64,000 nucleotides of DNA, taken from the NCBI GenBank assembly GCA_902584805.1, contig CACIBE010000008.1, positions 5,891 through 69,890 on the forward strand, given 5' to 3'. Shown in pieces: positions 1 to 10,468 of the stretch. Position 1 is the first letter of the stretch. Each line of letters starts with the position of its first letter. The DNA is from an uncultured Alphaproteobacteria bacterium. Lineage in GTDB: Bacteria > Pseudomonadota > Alphaproteobacteria > HIMB59 > GCA-002718135. The notes under the pieces are model-generated. The model did no database searches and had not been told where the DNA came from. It worked only from the letters and a program-made list of their open reading frames with translations. The position numbers were made by a program, and so were the translations under genes.

Positions 1-774
1 ATTAAAATTAAGCATGATGCTGTTCTTATAGCGACCGGGGTTTATAAATTTAGAGAAATTAATCTAAATACATCTAATTTTAATAATGTTGTACCAGCTT
101 TAGATTTCCTAATAGCGAGTAACAAGATTGGTTTAAAAGATAAAGTTGAAGATTTCACAAATGGAAGATTAAATGCAAATGGAAAAAATGTAGTTGTCAT
201 TGGTGGCGGTGACACCGCTATGGATTGCGTTAGAACAGCTGTAAGACAAGGAGCAAAATCTGTTAAATGTCTTTACAGACGTGATAAGACAAACATGCCT
301 GGTTCGCAAAGAGAAGTTCAAAATGCAATAGAAGAGGGCGTCGATTTTCAATGGTTGACGTTACCAACTGAATATTCGGGAAACGGGTCATTGAAAAATG
401 TTAAAACTGTTTTAATGCAACTTGGAGAACCTGACGAGTCAGGTAGAAGAAAGCCAGAGCCAAAAGAAGGTACGGAAAAAGACCTAGATGTTGATTTAGC
501 TATAGAAGCTTTGGGTTTTGAACCTGAAAATTTACCTAAGCTTTTTGATCATAATGACCTGACAGTTACAAGATGGGGTACACTAAAGATTAATTATAAA
601 AATATGATGACATCAATTGATGGAGTATTTGCTGCTGGAGATATTGTTCGCGGCGCAAGTTTAGTTGTATGGGGAATCAAAGATGGTCGTGATGCAGCAA
701 AAAATATTAATGAATATTTAGAAAATAATTTTTCCGATCAAAATAATATTAATAAGAAAGTAGTAAATGCCTAA
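1..774 (+). CDS. gltD: glutamate synthase (NADPH) small subunit, C-terminal part; the 5' end lies outside the window
   Basis: Frame 1 is open from nt 1 (IKIKHDAVLIATGVYKF...VVVIGGGDTAMDCVRTA...FAAGD). It has pyridine-nucleotide-disulfide oxidoreductase motifs and overlaps the gltB start by 8 nt. Confidence 0.9.
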   Translation: MKIKHDAVLIATGVYKFREINLNTSNFNNVVPALDFLIASNKIGLKDKVEDFTNGRLNANGKNVVVIGGGDTAMDCVRTAVRQGAKSVKCLYRRDKTNMPGSQREVQNAIEEGVDFQWLTLPTEYSGNGSLKNVKTVLMQLGEPDESGRRKPEPKEGTEKDLDVDLAIEALGFEPENLPKLFDHNDLTVTRWGTLKINYKNMMTSIDGVFAAGDIVRGASLVVWGIKDGRDAAKNINEYLENNFSDQNNINKKVVNA

Positions 775-3700
775 CAAATTTATTGAAAAGTATAAAAAGG
801 ATAGAAAATTCTTAGAAGAAAATCATGTTTATAATGAACAAGATGAACATTCATCATGTGGTGTTGGATTAATAGCATCTTTAGATGGATCTGAGACAAG
901 AGAAATAGTAGAGTTAGGAGTTCAAGCTTTAAGAGTTTTGTATCACCGGGGAGCAGTTGATGCTGATGGTAAAACAGGTGATGGAGCAGGAATACAATTA
1001 TCCATACCAAAGTATTTTTTTACCCAACAAATAGAAAGAACTGGTCACACTCCTAATGATTTACCTTTCGGGGTTGGCATGATTTTTTTACCACGTACAG
1101 ATTTTGCCGCTCAAGAAAACGCTCGTACAATTGTTGAATCTGAAATAATCAAAGAAGGTTTGAAAATATATGGTTGGAGATACGTTCCAATTAATTCATC
1201 GATTATTGGTGATAAAGCAAAAGCAACAAGGCCTGAAATAGAACAAATACTAATTTGTAATGAAGAACTAGAGGATGAGAAGCAATTTGATAATAAACTT
1301 TATATTATTAGAAAAAGAATAGAAAAAGAAATTAGAAATCAAAATATTTCAGATTTTTATATTTGCTCATTATCCTGTCAATCTATTGTTTATAAAGGTA
1401 TGTTTTTAGCAGAACAGCTTTCCAATTTTTATCCAGACATTCAAAATGAGAATTTTATTTCTAGATATGCGGTTTATCACCAGCGTTATTCAACTAATAC
1501 ATTTCCTACATGGTCTTTAGCACAGCCTTTTAGAGTGATTGCACATAATGGTGAAATAAATACACTTAAAGGTAATAAAAATTGGATGGCTGCTCATGAG
1601 CCAAGAATGGAACATAAAAATTTTGGAAATAATGTAGATGATTTAAAACCTATAATCGATGCTAAAGCGTCTGACTCTGCTGCCTTAGATTCAACAATAG
1701 AGTTATTAGTCAAAGCCAATCGTTCTTTACCCATGGCTAAAATAATAACAATTCCAGAAGCTTGGTCCCACAGAAGAGATTTTCCAAAAAAAATAAAAGA
1801 TTTATACGCTTATGGTGGAGCAGTTATGGAGCCATGGGATGGTCCAGCAGCAATATGTGGCGCGTACGGTGATTGGGCTATTGCTGGAATGGATAGAAAT
1901 GGCCTTAGACCTATAAGATATACACTGACAAAAAATCTTCTTATTGCGGGTTCTGAAACTGGAATGGTTGATATTAAAGAAAATGAAATAGTAGAAAGAG
2001 GTAGGGTAGGACCAGGCCAATTAATAGCAGTCAACTTTAAAGAGAAAAAATTTTTTAAAGATCATGAGATAAAAAAGTATTTGGCAGAAACTAAACCATT
2101 TGGTGATTGGACTAAAAAAATTACGTATATTGATAAACTTGTTCAATCTGTTGATGAAGAATTTAGAGATTTAGACTCTGGAGATCTTCGAAAAAGAATG
2201 GCATGTTTTGCCTGGTCAGTAGAAGACATCGAATTAATACTCCATCCGATGATTGCCGAAAAAAAAGAAGCAACAGGATCGATGGGAGATGACACTCCAC
2301 TAGCTGTGCTATCAAATAAATATAGAGGACTCCATCACTTTTTTAGACAAAATTTTAGTCAAGTTACAAATCCACCAATTGATTCATTAAGAGAAAGAGT
2401 TGTTATGAGTCTTCGAACTAGGATTGGAAACTTAAGTAATATTCTTGATGAAGATGAAGATCAATGTGATCATTTACAATTGAACTCCCCTGTTCTTTCA
2501 ATTGAGCAATTCAAATCTATGCGTAGATATATGAAAGATACCGTGAAGATCATTGACACTACAATGGATAAAACAAATCCTGAAAATAATTTTGAGACAG
2601 AAATTTCAAGAATAAACCAAGAAGCAGAACAAGCTGTTAGAGAAGGGTATGTTCATATAATTTTAAGTGACAAAGAGATGTCTAAAACAAGAATATCTCT
2701 TCCTATGATATTAGTTACAAGTTCTGTTCATCATCATTTAATTAAACAAAATCTTCGAACTTTTATTTCCCTAAATGTTCAATCTGCAGAATGTTTAGAT
2801 GTACAATATTTTGCTGTACTTATCGGAGTAGGAGCAACAAGTGTGAATGCGTATATGGCACAACAAGCGATAGCGGAAAGACATAAAAAGGGATTATTTA
2901 AAGATCTCTCATATGAAGAATGTGTAGAGCGATTCATTAATTCTATAAATAATGGTTTGCTCAAGACTATGAGTAAGATGGGAATATCAGTGATTAATTC
3001 ATATCGAGGTGGTTGTAACTTTGAAGCAATTGGTCTTAGTAGAAATTTAATGAGCAAATATTTCCCTTCTATGAGTTCTAAAATATCTGGTATTGGAATC
3101 AGTGGTATTGAAAGAAGATCTAGATTAGCTCATGACAAGGCTTATGAAGAAAGTGTTATTACACTACCAATTGGAGGAAACTATCGCTACAGATTTGGTG
3201 GTGAAAAACATGCTTTTGAAGCAAGATCAATTCACATGCTTCAAACTGCAGTAACTTCTAATAATTATTCTTTATTTAAAAAATATTCTACAATGATAGA
3301 TGAAACGGATCCCATAAATATTCGTGATCTTTTAGACTTCAAAAAGAATAACGATAATAGTAACTCTAACACCGTAGAACCTTCTCAAGAAATAAGAAAA
3401 AGGCTAGTTGCACCAGGAATATCACTTGGAGCCCTAAGTCCAGAAGCGCACGAAACTCTTTCTGTAGCAATGAATAGGATAGGAGCTAAATCAGATTCAG
3501 GTGAAGGTGGTGAAGACCCAATTAGATTTAAACCTAAGTCAAATGGAGATAATGCATCATCAAAAATTAAACAAATTGCAAGTGGACGATTTGGTGTAAC
3601 CGCGGAGTATTTAAATAATTGTGAAGAAATTGAAATTAAAGTTGCACAAGGTGCAAAACCTGGTGAAGGTGGACAATTGCCAGGAGGAAAAGTTACAGAA

Positions 3701-5284
3701 TTAATTGCTAAACTAAGACATTCAACTGAAGGTGTGACGCTTATTAGTCCTCCCCCTCATCATGATATTTATTCTATCGAAGATTTAGCTCAGTTGATCT
3801 ATGATTTAAAACAAATAAATCCAAAAGCTAAAGTATGTGTTAAGTTAGTTGCTCAATCAGGTATTGGGACAGTTGCAGCTGGTGTAGCAAAAGCAAAAGC
3901 CGATACGATACTTATTTCTGGTCACAATGGAGGAACTGGAGCAAGTCCACAAACAAGCATTAAGTATGCAGGACTTCCTTGGGAACTTGGATTAAGTGAA
4001 GTACATCAAGTTCTATCTTTAAATAACTTAAGAGATAAAGTTGTTCTTAGAACTGATGGCGGTTTGAAAACAGGAAAAGATATTGTTATTGCTGCTATGC
4101 TTGGGGCAGAAGAATATGGAATTGGGACAGCAAGTTTAGTTGCTATGGGCTGTATAATGGTTAGACAATGTCATTCAAATACTTGTCCCGTCGGAGTTTG
4201 CTCACAGGATGAAAAGCTTAGAGAAAAATTTACTGGAACACCAGAAAAAGTAATTAATCTTTTTAGTTTTATTGCTGATGAAGTTAGAGAGATTTTAGGA
4301 TCACTAGGTTTTTCTTCTCTTGATGAAGTAGTTGGAAGATCTGATCTTTTATATCAAGTCAGTAGAGGAAGTTCTGATCTTGATGATTTAGATTTAAATC
4401 CAATTATTCAAACCATTGATTCATCAGTGGGAGAATTCGATTTAAAGAAAAATACAATTAATAAAGTTAGCGATAGTCTTGATATTAAAATCATAGAGGA
4501 TGCTAAGTCTTTCTTTGAAACAGATCAAAAAATTGAACTAAACTATAATATAAAAAATACTGATAGAGCTATCGGTACAAGACTTGCATCAGAAATTACT
4601 ACTAAAAAAGGAATGAGTTCTCTTCCAGAGGATTTTTTTACTGTTAATTTTCATGGTTCTGCCGGGCAATCTTTTGGAGCATGGAGTGTTCAAGGAACTA
4701 CTCTTAAAGTTTTTGGTGACGCAAACGATTATGTTGCAAAAGGATTATCGGGAGGTAAAATTGTTATTCAACCAAGCTCATCTTCAGAACTAAAAACAAA
4801 CAAAAATGTTATCATCGGGAATACTGTCCTATATGGAGCAACACGCGGTAAACTTTTTGCAGCTGGAACTGCTGGTGATAGATTTGCTGTTAGAAACTCT
4901 GGCGCACATGCTGTTATTGAAGGATGTGGTGATAATGGATGTGAATACATGACTGGAGGAAGCGCAGTTATTCTTGGCGAAGTAGGAAATAATTTTGGAG
5001 CTGGAATGACAGGAGGTATGGCGTTTGTTTATGATAAAGAAGGAACTCTACCACTTCGAATTAATCTTGAAGATATTTTCTATCAACAACAAATGACAAA
5101 TTATTGGGAAAAAATTTTATATCAAAAAATTGAAGAACATATTAAGGAAACAAATTCAATGTACGCAAAAAATTTACTCGAAAATTGGGAAAATGAGAAG
5201 TTACTCTTCTGGCAGATTGTACCAAAAGAAATGATCAATAAATTTGATCAACCTGTATTAATTCAAGAAGAAAAATCTGCTTAG
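767..5284 (+). CDS. gltB: glutamate synthase large subunit
   Basis: 1505 aa. N-terminal Ntn-amidotransferase Cys (HSSCGVGLIA), central FMN/Fe-S domain (ISPPPHHDIYSIEDL, CHSNTCPVG) and a C-terminal GXGXG beta-helix domain. Confidence 0.95.
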   Translation: MPNKFIEKYKKDRKFLEENHVYNEQDEHSSCGVGLIASLDGSETREIVELGVQALRVLYHRGAVDADGKTGDGAGIQLSIPKYFFTQQIERTGHTPNDLPFGVGMIFLPRTDFAAQENARTIVESEIIKEGLKIYGWRYVPINSSIIGDKAKATRPEIEQILICNEELEDEKQFDNKLYIIRKRIEKEIRNQNISDFYICSLSCQSIVYKGMFLAEQLSNFYPDIQNENFISRYAVYHQRYSTNTFPTWSLAQPFRVIAHNGEINTLKGNKNWMAAHEPRMEHKNFGNNVDDLKPIIDAKASDSAALDSTIELLVKANRSLPMAKIITIPEAWSHRRDFPKKIKDLYAYGGAVMEPWDGPAAICGAYGDWAIAGMDRNGLRPIRYTLTKNLLIAGSETGMVDIKENEIVERGRVGPGQLIAVNFKEKKFFKDHEIKKYLAETKPFGDWTKKITYIDKLVQSVDEEFRDLDSGDLRKRMACFAWSVEDIELILHPMIAEKKEATGSMGDDTPLAVLSNKYRGLHHFFRQNFSQVTNPPIDSLRERVVMSLRTRIGNLSNILDEDEDQCDHLQLNSPVLSIEQFKSMRRYMKDTVKIIDTTMDKTNPENNFETEISRINQEAEQAVREGYVHIILSDKEMSKTRISLPMILVTSSVHHHLIKQNLRTFISLNVQSAECLDVQYFAVLIGVGATSVNAYMAQQAIAERHKKGLFKDLSYEECVERFINSINNGLLKTMSKMGISVINSYRGGCNFEAIGLSRNLMSKYFPSMSSKISGIGISGIERRSRLAHDKAYEESVITLPIGGNYRYRFGGEKHAFEARSIHMLQTAVTSNNYSLFKKYSTMIDETDPINIRDLLDFKKNNDNSNSNTVEPSQEIRKRLVAPGISLGALSPEAHETLSVAMNRIGAKSDSGEGGEDPIRFKPKSNGDNASSKIKQIASGRFGVTAEYLNNCEEIEIKVAQGAKPGEGGQLPGGKVTELIAKLRHSTEGVTLISPPPHHDIYSIEDLAQLIYDLKQINPKAKVCVKLVAQSGIGTVAAGVAKAKADTILISGHNGGTGASPQTSIKYAGLPWELGLSEVHQVLSLNNLRDKVVLRTDGGLKTGKDIVIAAMLGAEEYGIGTASLVAMGCIMVRQCHSNTCPVGVCSQDEKLREKFTGTPEKVINLFSFIADEVREILGSLGFSSLDEVVGRSDLLYQVSRGSSDLDDLDLNPIIQTIDSSVGEFDLKKNTINKVSDSLDIKIIEDAKSFFETDQKIELNYNIKNTDRAIGTRLASEITTKKGMSSLPEDFFTVNFHGSAGQSFGAWSVQGTTLKVFGDANDYVAKGLSGGKIVIQPSSSSELKTNKNVIIGNTVLYGATRGKLFAAGTAGDRFAVRNSGAHAVIEGCGDNGCEYMTGGSAVILGEVGNNFGAGMTGGMAFVYDKEGTLPLRINLEDIFYQQQMTNYWEKILYQKIEEHIKETNSMYAKNLLENWENEKLLFWQIVPKEMINKFDQPVLIQEEKSA

Positions 5285-6012
5285 TTTTTTATTATTGAGT
5301 GAATAGAATCATTTATTATCTTTAAATCAAATAGATCGGATAATCGATGATCGCTATTTTTTAATAATTTAATTTGTATTTGATTTCCTTTAATTTTTTT
5401 TACTATTTTTTCCGGAATATCTGGAGTGACAACATTATCTTTTAAGCCTTGTATTAAAATTAAAGGCTTATTCCATTTGAATTCTTTATTTAAAATTTTA
5501 TTTTTTCTACCATCAACAATATATTTCCTTTTTATTAGATAACTAAACCCATAGGAGGAATATTTAATAATTCCTCTTTTCTTCATTTCTTGTTTTTTCT
5601 TTAAAGGAAGTTTTTTATAAAACTCATCGATATAATCAGGTGCTGCTGCTAGTCCAATTAATCCAGCAATTCTTTTTGGTCTTGCTTTGGCAGCTAAAAA
5701 CATTAACCATCCACCCATGCTACTACCAACAAGTATTTGCGGCCCTTTGGCAATATTATCAATAATATCAATTAAGTCTTTCTTCCAATCTGAAATTGTA
5801 AAATCTTCAAATTTTCCATCAGATTTACCATGACCACGGCATTCAAAACGGATAAACCGCAATTTTTTTTTTCGAGCAAATCTCTCTAAAGACAAAGCTT
5901 TTTGACCACTCATATCTGAGTTAAGACCATGGATAAAGATGATACCAGGCCCCTTGCCCTTTATAGATTTATAGCGAATTCTTTCTTTTTTCTTATTAAT
6001 AAAGTAAGGCAT
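5281..6012 (-). CDS. alpha/beta-fold hydrolase
   Basis: 243 aa. HG oxyanion motif (IFIHGLNS), nucleophile elbow GSSMGG and a C-terminal DH. Specific substrate not inferable. Confidence 0.7.
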   Translation of the reverse strand: MPYFINKKKERIRYKSIKGKGPGIIFIHGLNSDMSGQKALSLERFARKKKLRFIRFECRGHGKSDGKFEDFTISDWKKDLIDIIDNIAKGPQILVGSSMGGWLMFLAAKARPKRIAGLIGLAAAPDYIDEFYKKLPLKKKQEMKKRGIIKYSSYGFSYLIKRKYIVDGRKNKILNKEFKWNKPLILIQGLKDNVVTPDIPEKIVKKIKGNQIQIKLLKNSDHRLSDLFDLKIINDSIHSIIKN

Positions 6013-6042
6013 CTTTGATACAAATACTTATATTTTAATAAA

Positions 6043-7170
6043 ATGTCATCATTTAATGTCGCTCAAATTCTCCCCTCTTTAGATTCTGGTGGTGTCGAAA
6101 GAGGTACTATTGAAGTTGCAAATTATTTATCTGAATTAAATTTAAAAAATAATATTATTTCTAATGGAGGTGGTTTAATTAAGGAAATTAATAAAAATTA
6201 TACTGATCATTTTCAATTACCGGTTAACTCAAAAAATTTTTTTATTTATCCATTAATTGCTAATCGATTAAAAAAATTAATTATTAATCAAAATATTAAT
6301 GTTATTCATGTACGATCAAGAGCACCAGCATGGATTTTAAGTTTTATAAAAAATAGAAACTTCAAAACAATATCTACATTTCATAATGTATATAGTGGTA
6401 ATTCTTATTTTAAAAAAATCTATAATAAGCAATTATCCAAAGTTGATCAGATTGTTGCAATTTCAAATTATGTAAAAAATGAAATTAGTAAAAAATACAA
6501 TTTAGATTCCAATAAAATTAAAGTGATCAATAGAGGAGTTGATGTTGAATATTTTGAAAAACCAATTTTAGATTATCAAATAGAAAATATAATAAATAAG
6601 TATCAAATTGATACCTCAAAAAATATTATTCTATATCCAGCAAGGCTAACAAACTGGAAAGGTCAAATTGAGTTTTTAGATATATTTAATAAGATGCAAA
6701 ATGATAATTTTTTACTTTATTTTGCAGGTGATACAAAAAATCAATCTTATACAGAGAAATTACAAAATAAAATTCAAAGTTTTAAACTCAGTCATAAATG
6801 CAAGATTATAGGTAACCTACTAAGAGATGATTTGAAAACTTTATATTACCTATCATCAATTATTACCTCTTTTCCTTTACAAGCTGAAGGGTTTGGAAGA
6901 ACTATAAGCGAAGCATTAATAATGAAAAAAAAGATACTTACTTTTAACTATGGCGGTGTCAAAGATCAGCTTGATAAATTAAATGATATTTATAAAGTAG
7001 ATCCTCATAAATATAATGAAATTGGTATAAAACTTCAAAATATTATAAAAATAGATAAAGAAAAATTTTCTAATATTTCTTTAGATAGTAAAGATTATAT
7101 ATCAAAAACATTTTCAAAATACCAAATGGTACAAAGTTACGTAGACTTATATGAACAGCAGTCAATATAA
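6043..7170 (+). CDS. glycosyltransferase family 4 (GT-B, RfaG/WaaG-like)
   Basis: 375 aa with a C-terminal E-x7-E-like region (QAEGFGRTISEAL). Adjacent to two GT9 genes, so probably LPS core synthesis. Confidence 0.75.
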   Translation: MSSFNVAQILPSLDSGGVERGTIEVANYLSELNLKNNIISNGGGLIKEINKNYTDHFQLPVNSKNFFIYPLIANRLKKLIINQNINVIHVRSRAPAWILSFIKNRNFKTISTFHNVYSGNSYFKKIYNKQLSKVDQIVAISNYVKNEISKKYNLDSNKIKVINRGVDVEYFEKPILDYQIENIINKYQIDTSKNIILYPARLTNWKGQIEFLDIFNKMQNDNFLLYFAGDTKNQSYTEKLQNKIQSFKLSHKCKIIGNLLRDDLKTLYYLSSIITSFPLQAEGFGRTISEALIMKKKILTFNYGGVKDQLDKLNDIYKVDPHKYNEIGIKLQNIIKIDKEKFSNISLDSKDYISKTFSKYQMVQSYVDLYEQQSI

Positions 7171-8086
7171 TAAAATACTAGTTGTAAAGCATGGATCACT
7201 TGGTGATATTGCATTCTCTATACTTGCCATGGCATCAATTAAGCAATTTTTTAGTAATGCCACTATTGACCTACTCACTGAAGAAAAATATGTAAATTTT
7301 TTAAGCAATTCAAATTATTTTAATTCGATTTTTAAAGATAATAGAAAGGGAATAATTAATTCACTAAAGGTTATATTAAAAATTAATCAAAATAAATATG
7401 ATCTAATCATAGATTTACAGAATTCTAAAAGAACAAATAATTATTGGTCATTCTTAAAATTTATTTCAAAAGTAAAAGTTAATGGATCTCGTTCTAATTG
7501 TGATATTCAATATGTAATTCCTCCACAAGGAGCTGAGTCTCCACAACAAGGTTTATACAATCAACTAAAGTTACTTGGAGTAAATGAATTTAATCGAAAT
7601 GTAGATTGGCTTTCCAAAGATATTACGACAATTAATGAAGACAAAATAATCTTAATGATACCTGGTGTTTCTAAATCAGGTAAGGACAAGCAATGGTCAC
7701 CTAATAAATTTGCAATACTTGCAAGTACTCTAGAAAAAAAAGGATATAATATTTGTGTTATTGGGCAAAAATCAGATAAAGAAACAGTAGAAACTATCAA
7801 TAATGCATGTCAGAAGCTTATTGACTTAAGCGATAAATCACCTCCTGAAATCATCTATTCCATTGCTAAAAAAAGTAATTTTATAATTAGTAATGATACT
7901 GGCCCAGGTCATATAGCGGCTCTAAGTAATTCACCTATTCTTTTTTTAGCCAAAGATAACCTTATATCAAAATCAAACTTGTCTGAATATAAAAATGCTT
8001 ATACGATCCTTACTAATACAATGGACTCAATTTCAGTAAAACAAGTTTTGGATTTTTTACGCGATAGTAAATTAATCAATGAATGA
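7151..8086 (+). CDS. glycosyltransferase family 9 (heptosyltransferase-like)
   Basis: 311 aa. N-terminal KILVVKHGSLGDIAFS and C-terminal NDTGPGHIAA are typical of the ADP-heptose:LPS heptosyltransferase family. Confidence 0.7.
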   Translation: MNSSQYNKILVVKHGSLGDIAFSILAMASIKQFFSNATIDLLTEEKYVNFLSNSNYFNSIFKDNRKGIINSLKVILKINQNKYDLIIDLQNSKRTNNYWSFLKFISKVKVNGSRSNCDIQYVIPPQGAESPQQGLYNQLKLLGVNEFNRNVDWLSKDITTINEDKIILMIPGVSKSGKDKQWSPNKFAILASTLEKKGYNICVIGQKSDKETVETINNACQKLIDLSDKSPPEIIYSIAKKSNFIISNDTGPGHIAALSNSPILFLAKDNLISKSNLSEYKNAYTILTNTMDSISVKQVLDFLRDSKLINE

Positions 8087-9079
8087 AATTAATTCTTTTT
8101 CTAAATTTTGGTTGTTAGAGAATAGTTTAGTATATTTTTTCTTCCAAGGCGCATATTCTTCTGCAATCATACCCGGAACATTATCTGAATCATAAATAAC
8201 ACAAAGTTTTGTTTTACAAAGAGATGCAATATGTGTGCATCCACATTCAGGTGTAATTACATATGTCGAAGAGTATATTATTGATGTCCAATTATCAAAA
8301 TTTAATTGATCTAAGATTAAAACATTATTAATACATTTAAGATTTTCAAACTCTTCATTAGTAATAATATCATATTTTTTAAATATTTTATAGAATACAT
8401 TTTTTGATGTTCCATCAGTTGTCATTACAATATTGATTTTCAAATTTTTAAGATTGTCTAATAGATTGATAAAGTTTTCTTCTGAAAAATATTTATTGAT
8501 CCATTTTGAAGATAAATGAATTAAGCATAATTTTTTAGAACTTAATTCTATTTTATTAAATCTAAATTCATTCTTAATCTCTGGAGTATCATTATAATTT
8601 AATTCATTTTTAGTAACCAACTCCATCATAGTTTCTGTTTGATGAATTGGGATTTTTTTTGAATATCTTAATTGGCGATCAATTATTAAGCAGTGAGTAA
8701 AAAAGATTTTACCCAAAATTCTATCAAAAAATTTACTCATGTAATTATTTTTGTACCGAGATTTAAAAATTAACAATGACTTTATTTTACTTTTAGAAAA
8801 AATTGATATTAATATACTGAATATACCAGGGCTAAATGTGAAAATATAATCATAATCTTCATTTCTTAATTTTGAAATTATTTTTAAGACTTGATAAAAT
8901 TTATTTTGAAGTAAAAAAATTTTGTTAATAGATTTATAGTTTTTACATATTTTTAGATTTTTTTTAGAACATACAATATCAATTTTATAATCCTGATTTG
9001 CCTCTTTTAGTCCTTGAACAACTGGAAGAGTAAGGATCATATCTCCCATTTTATCGTTTCTAACTAAACAAATTTTCAT
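8072..9079 (-). CDS. glycosyltransferase family 9-like protein
   Basis: 335 aa. N-terminal MKICLVRNDKMGDMILTLPV is the GT9 signature. The rest is divergent. The 3' end overlaps the convergent GT9 gene by 15 nt. Confidence 0.6.
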   Translation of the reverse strand: MKICLVRNDKMGDMILTLPVVQGLKEANQDYKIDIVCSKKNLKICKNYKSINKIFLLQNKFYQVLKIISKLRNEDYDYIFTFSPGIFSILISIFSKSKIKSLLIFKSRYKNNYMSKFFDRILGKIFFTHCLIIDRQLRYSKKIPIHQTETMMELVTKNELNYNDTPEIKNEFRFNKIELSSKKLCLIHLSSKWINKYFSEENFINLLDNLKNLKINIVMTTDGTSKNVFYKIFKKYDIITNEEFENLKCINNVLILDQLNFDNWTSIIYSSTYVITPECGCTHIASLCKTKLCVIYDSDNVPGMIAEEYAPWKKKYTKLFSNNQNLEKELISFID

Positions 9080-9235
9080 AAAGTGTATTTAATAACTTAA
9101 AAAACAGTTTATATTTTTTAAAATCAGCCCTTGAATTTAAATTCATTTGAGATTATATCCTAACAAAGTATGACAAAAGACTTAATTTCCTAATATGCTA
9201 TTAAATAATAGCTTTAACTCAATCTCTATATAATT

Positions 9236-9775
9236 TTGGCTGTAAATTTCAAAACAAAGAAAGATACTGGTCCAAGAATCAATGAGCAGATTACTGCAAG
9301 TGAAGTCAGACTAATATCTAGTAGTGGTAAACAAATGGGAATCTTAAGCATTCGTGAAGCTTTAATTCAAGCAGAAGATGAAGGTTTTGATTTAGTTGAA
9401 GTGTCCCCTGAAGCTAATCCACCAGTTTGTAAAATTATAGATTATGGTAAATTAAAATATAGAGAGCAAAAAAGTAAGAAAGAAGCAAAAAAGAAACAAA
9501 AAACAATTGAAGTCAAAGAGATTAAAATGAGACCTGGAATTGATACGCACGATTATAATGTTAAAATAAAAGCACTTTCAAAGTTTATAGGTGGTGGTAA
9601 TAAAGTTAAAGTCTCTATGCGTTTCAGAGGACGTGAAATGGAGCATCAAAATTTAGGCTTTGATCTTCTAAAAAAACTAACTTCAGAAGTTGAAGAATAT
9701 GCGAAAGTTGAAGTAGCTCCTAAGTTTGAGGGAAGACAAATAATGATGATACTTGTCCCTCAAGTTGCTAAATAA
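9236..9775 (+). CDS. infC: translation initiation factor IF-3
   Basis: Clear IF-3 similarity (RINEQITASEVRLI...PPVCKIIDYGK...). There is no in-frame ATG or GTG after the upstream TAA at 9215-9217. The only start candidates are TTG 9236, ATT 9233 and ATA 9230. Confidence 0.9.
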   Translation: MAVNFKTKKDTGPRINEQITASEVRLISSSGKQMGILSIREALIQAEDEGFDLVEVSPEANPPVCKIIDYGKLKYREQKSKKEAKKKQKTIEVKEIKMRPGIDTHDYNVKIKALSKFIGGGNKVKVSMRFRGREMEHQNLGFDLLKKLTSEVEEYAKVEVAPKFEGRQIMMILVPQVAK

Positions 9776-9825
9776 TTCTACATATTGCAAAATACTCAAT
9801 TATCAGTATAAGCCTTCAAAACTTG

Positions 9826-9877
9826 TTATGGCCTGCGGGGCAGCCTAACGGGTAAACTTATAATATAGGAGATAGTA
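9826..9877 (+). promoter_or_regulatory. GC-rich structured leader upstream of rpmI; candidate L20 autoregulatory operator
   Basis: ggcctgcggggcagcctaacggg stands out from the AT-rich spacer and lies directly 5' of the rpmI SD (AGGAG). It contains a small hairpin, ctgc-ggg-gcag. Confidence 0.3.
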
Positions 9878-10078
9878 ATGCCCAAGCTTAAAACTAAAAG
9901 TAGTTTAAAAAAAAGATTTTCTAGAACAGGTACTGGTAAAATTAAATTTAAACCTGCTGGAAAGAGACATGGAATGAGTAAACGTTCCAATAAATTTATT
10001 CGTAACACTAAAAGATCTGCAATTATGTCACCAGGTGACTCTGCTTTGATTGATCATATGTTACCATACAACAAGTAA
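9878..10078 (+). CDS. rpmI: 50S ribosomal protein L35
   Basis: 66 aa, [14 protein letters not shown]... is the canonical L35 N-terminus. Preceded by AGGAG. Confidence 0.95.
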   Translation: MPKLKTKSSLKKRFSRTGTGKIKFKPAGKRHGMSKRSNKFIRNTKRSAIMSPGDSALIDHMLPYNK

Positions 10079-10088
10079 GGGGAAATCA

Positions 10089-10442
10089 ATGGCAAGAGTA
10101 TCAAGAGGTGTTACAGCAAGAGCTAGACACAAAAAAGTAATTAAAAGAGCAAAAGGTTATTACGGTAGAAGAAAAAATGTTTTTCGAGTTGCTGTTCAGG
10201 CTGTCGAAAGGGGCATGCAATATGCTTATAGAGATCGTAAAAAAAGAAAAAGTGATTTTAGGGGCTTATGGATTCAAAGAATCAATGCTGGTGTTCGCCT
10301 TCATGGTTTAACATATTCGCAATTTATATCTGGTCTTAAAAAATCATCTATTGAAATAGATAGAAAGATTTTAGCGGATCTTGCAGTTAACCAGCCAGAG
10401 GCTTTTAAAGCCTTAGTTGATAAAGCTCAATCTGCTAGATAA
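10089..10442 (+). CDS. rplT: 50S ribosomal protein L20
   Basis: [17 protein letters not shown]... is the canonical L20 start, with AAGGGG 6 nt upstream. The track ORF starting at 10050 is an over-extension into rpmI. Confidence 0.95.
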   Translation: MARVSRGVTARARHKKVIKRAKGYYGRRKNVFRVAVQAVERGMQYAYRDRKKRKSDFRGLWIQRINAGVRLHGLTYSQFISGLKKSSIEIDRKILADLAVNQPEAFKALVDKAQSAR

Positions 10443-10468
10443 TTTTAATTAATAAAATATAATAGATA

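Noticed and set aside
780-5000. Several 60-92-aa antisense or off-frame ORFs inside gltB (780-1010, 1802-2034, 2779-3057, 4768-4950). There are similar ones inside lepA, pheS, yidC, argB, the WD40 gene, pirin and others.
   Set aside because: All are embedded in long ORFs with unmistakable homology. They have low-complexity or odd composition and no ribosome-binding context, as expected for chance ORFs.
10050-10088. N-terminal extension of rplT (track start 10050), and likewise dnaX (35002) and the cytochrome c gene (33359)
   Set aside because: The conserved protein N-termini begin at internal Met codons with better RBS context (10089, 35035, 33227). The extensions would overlap rpmI, the SRP RNA and the kdsB start respectively.
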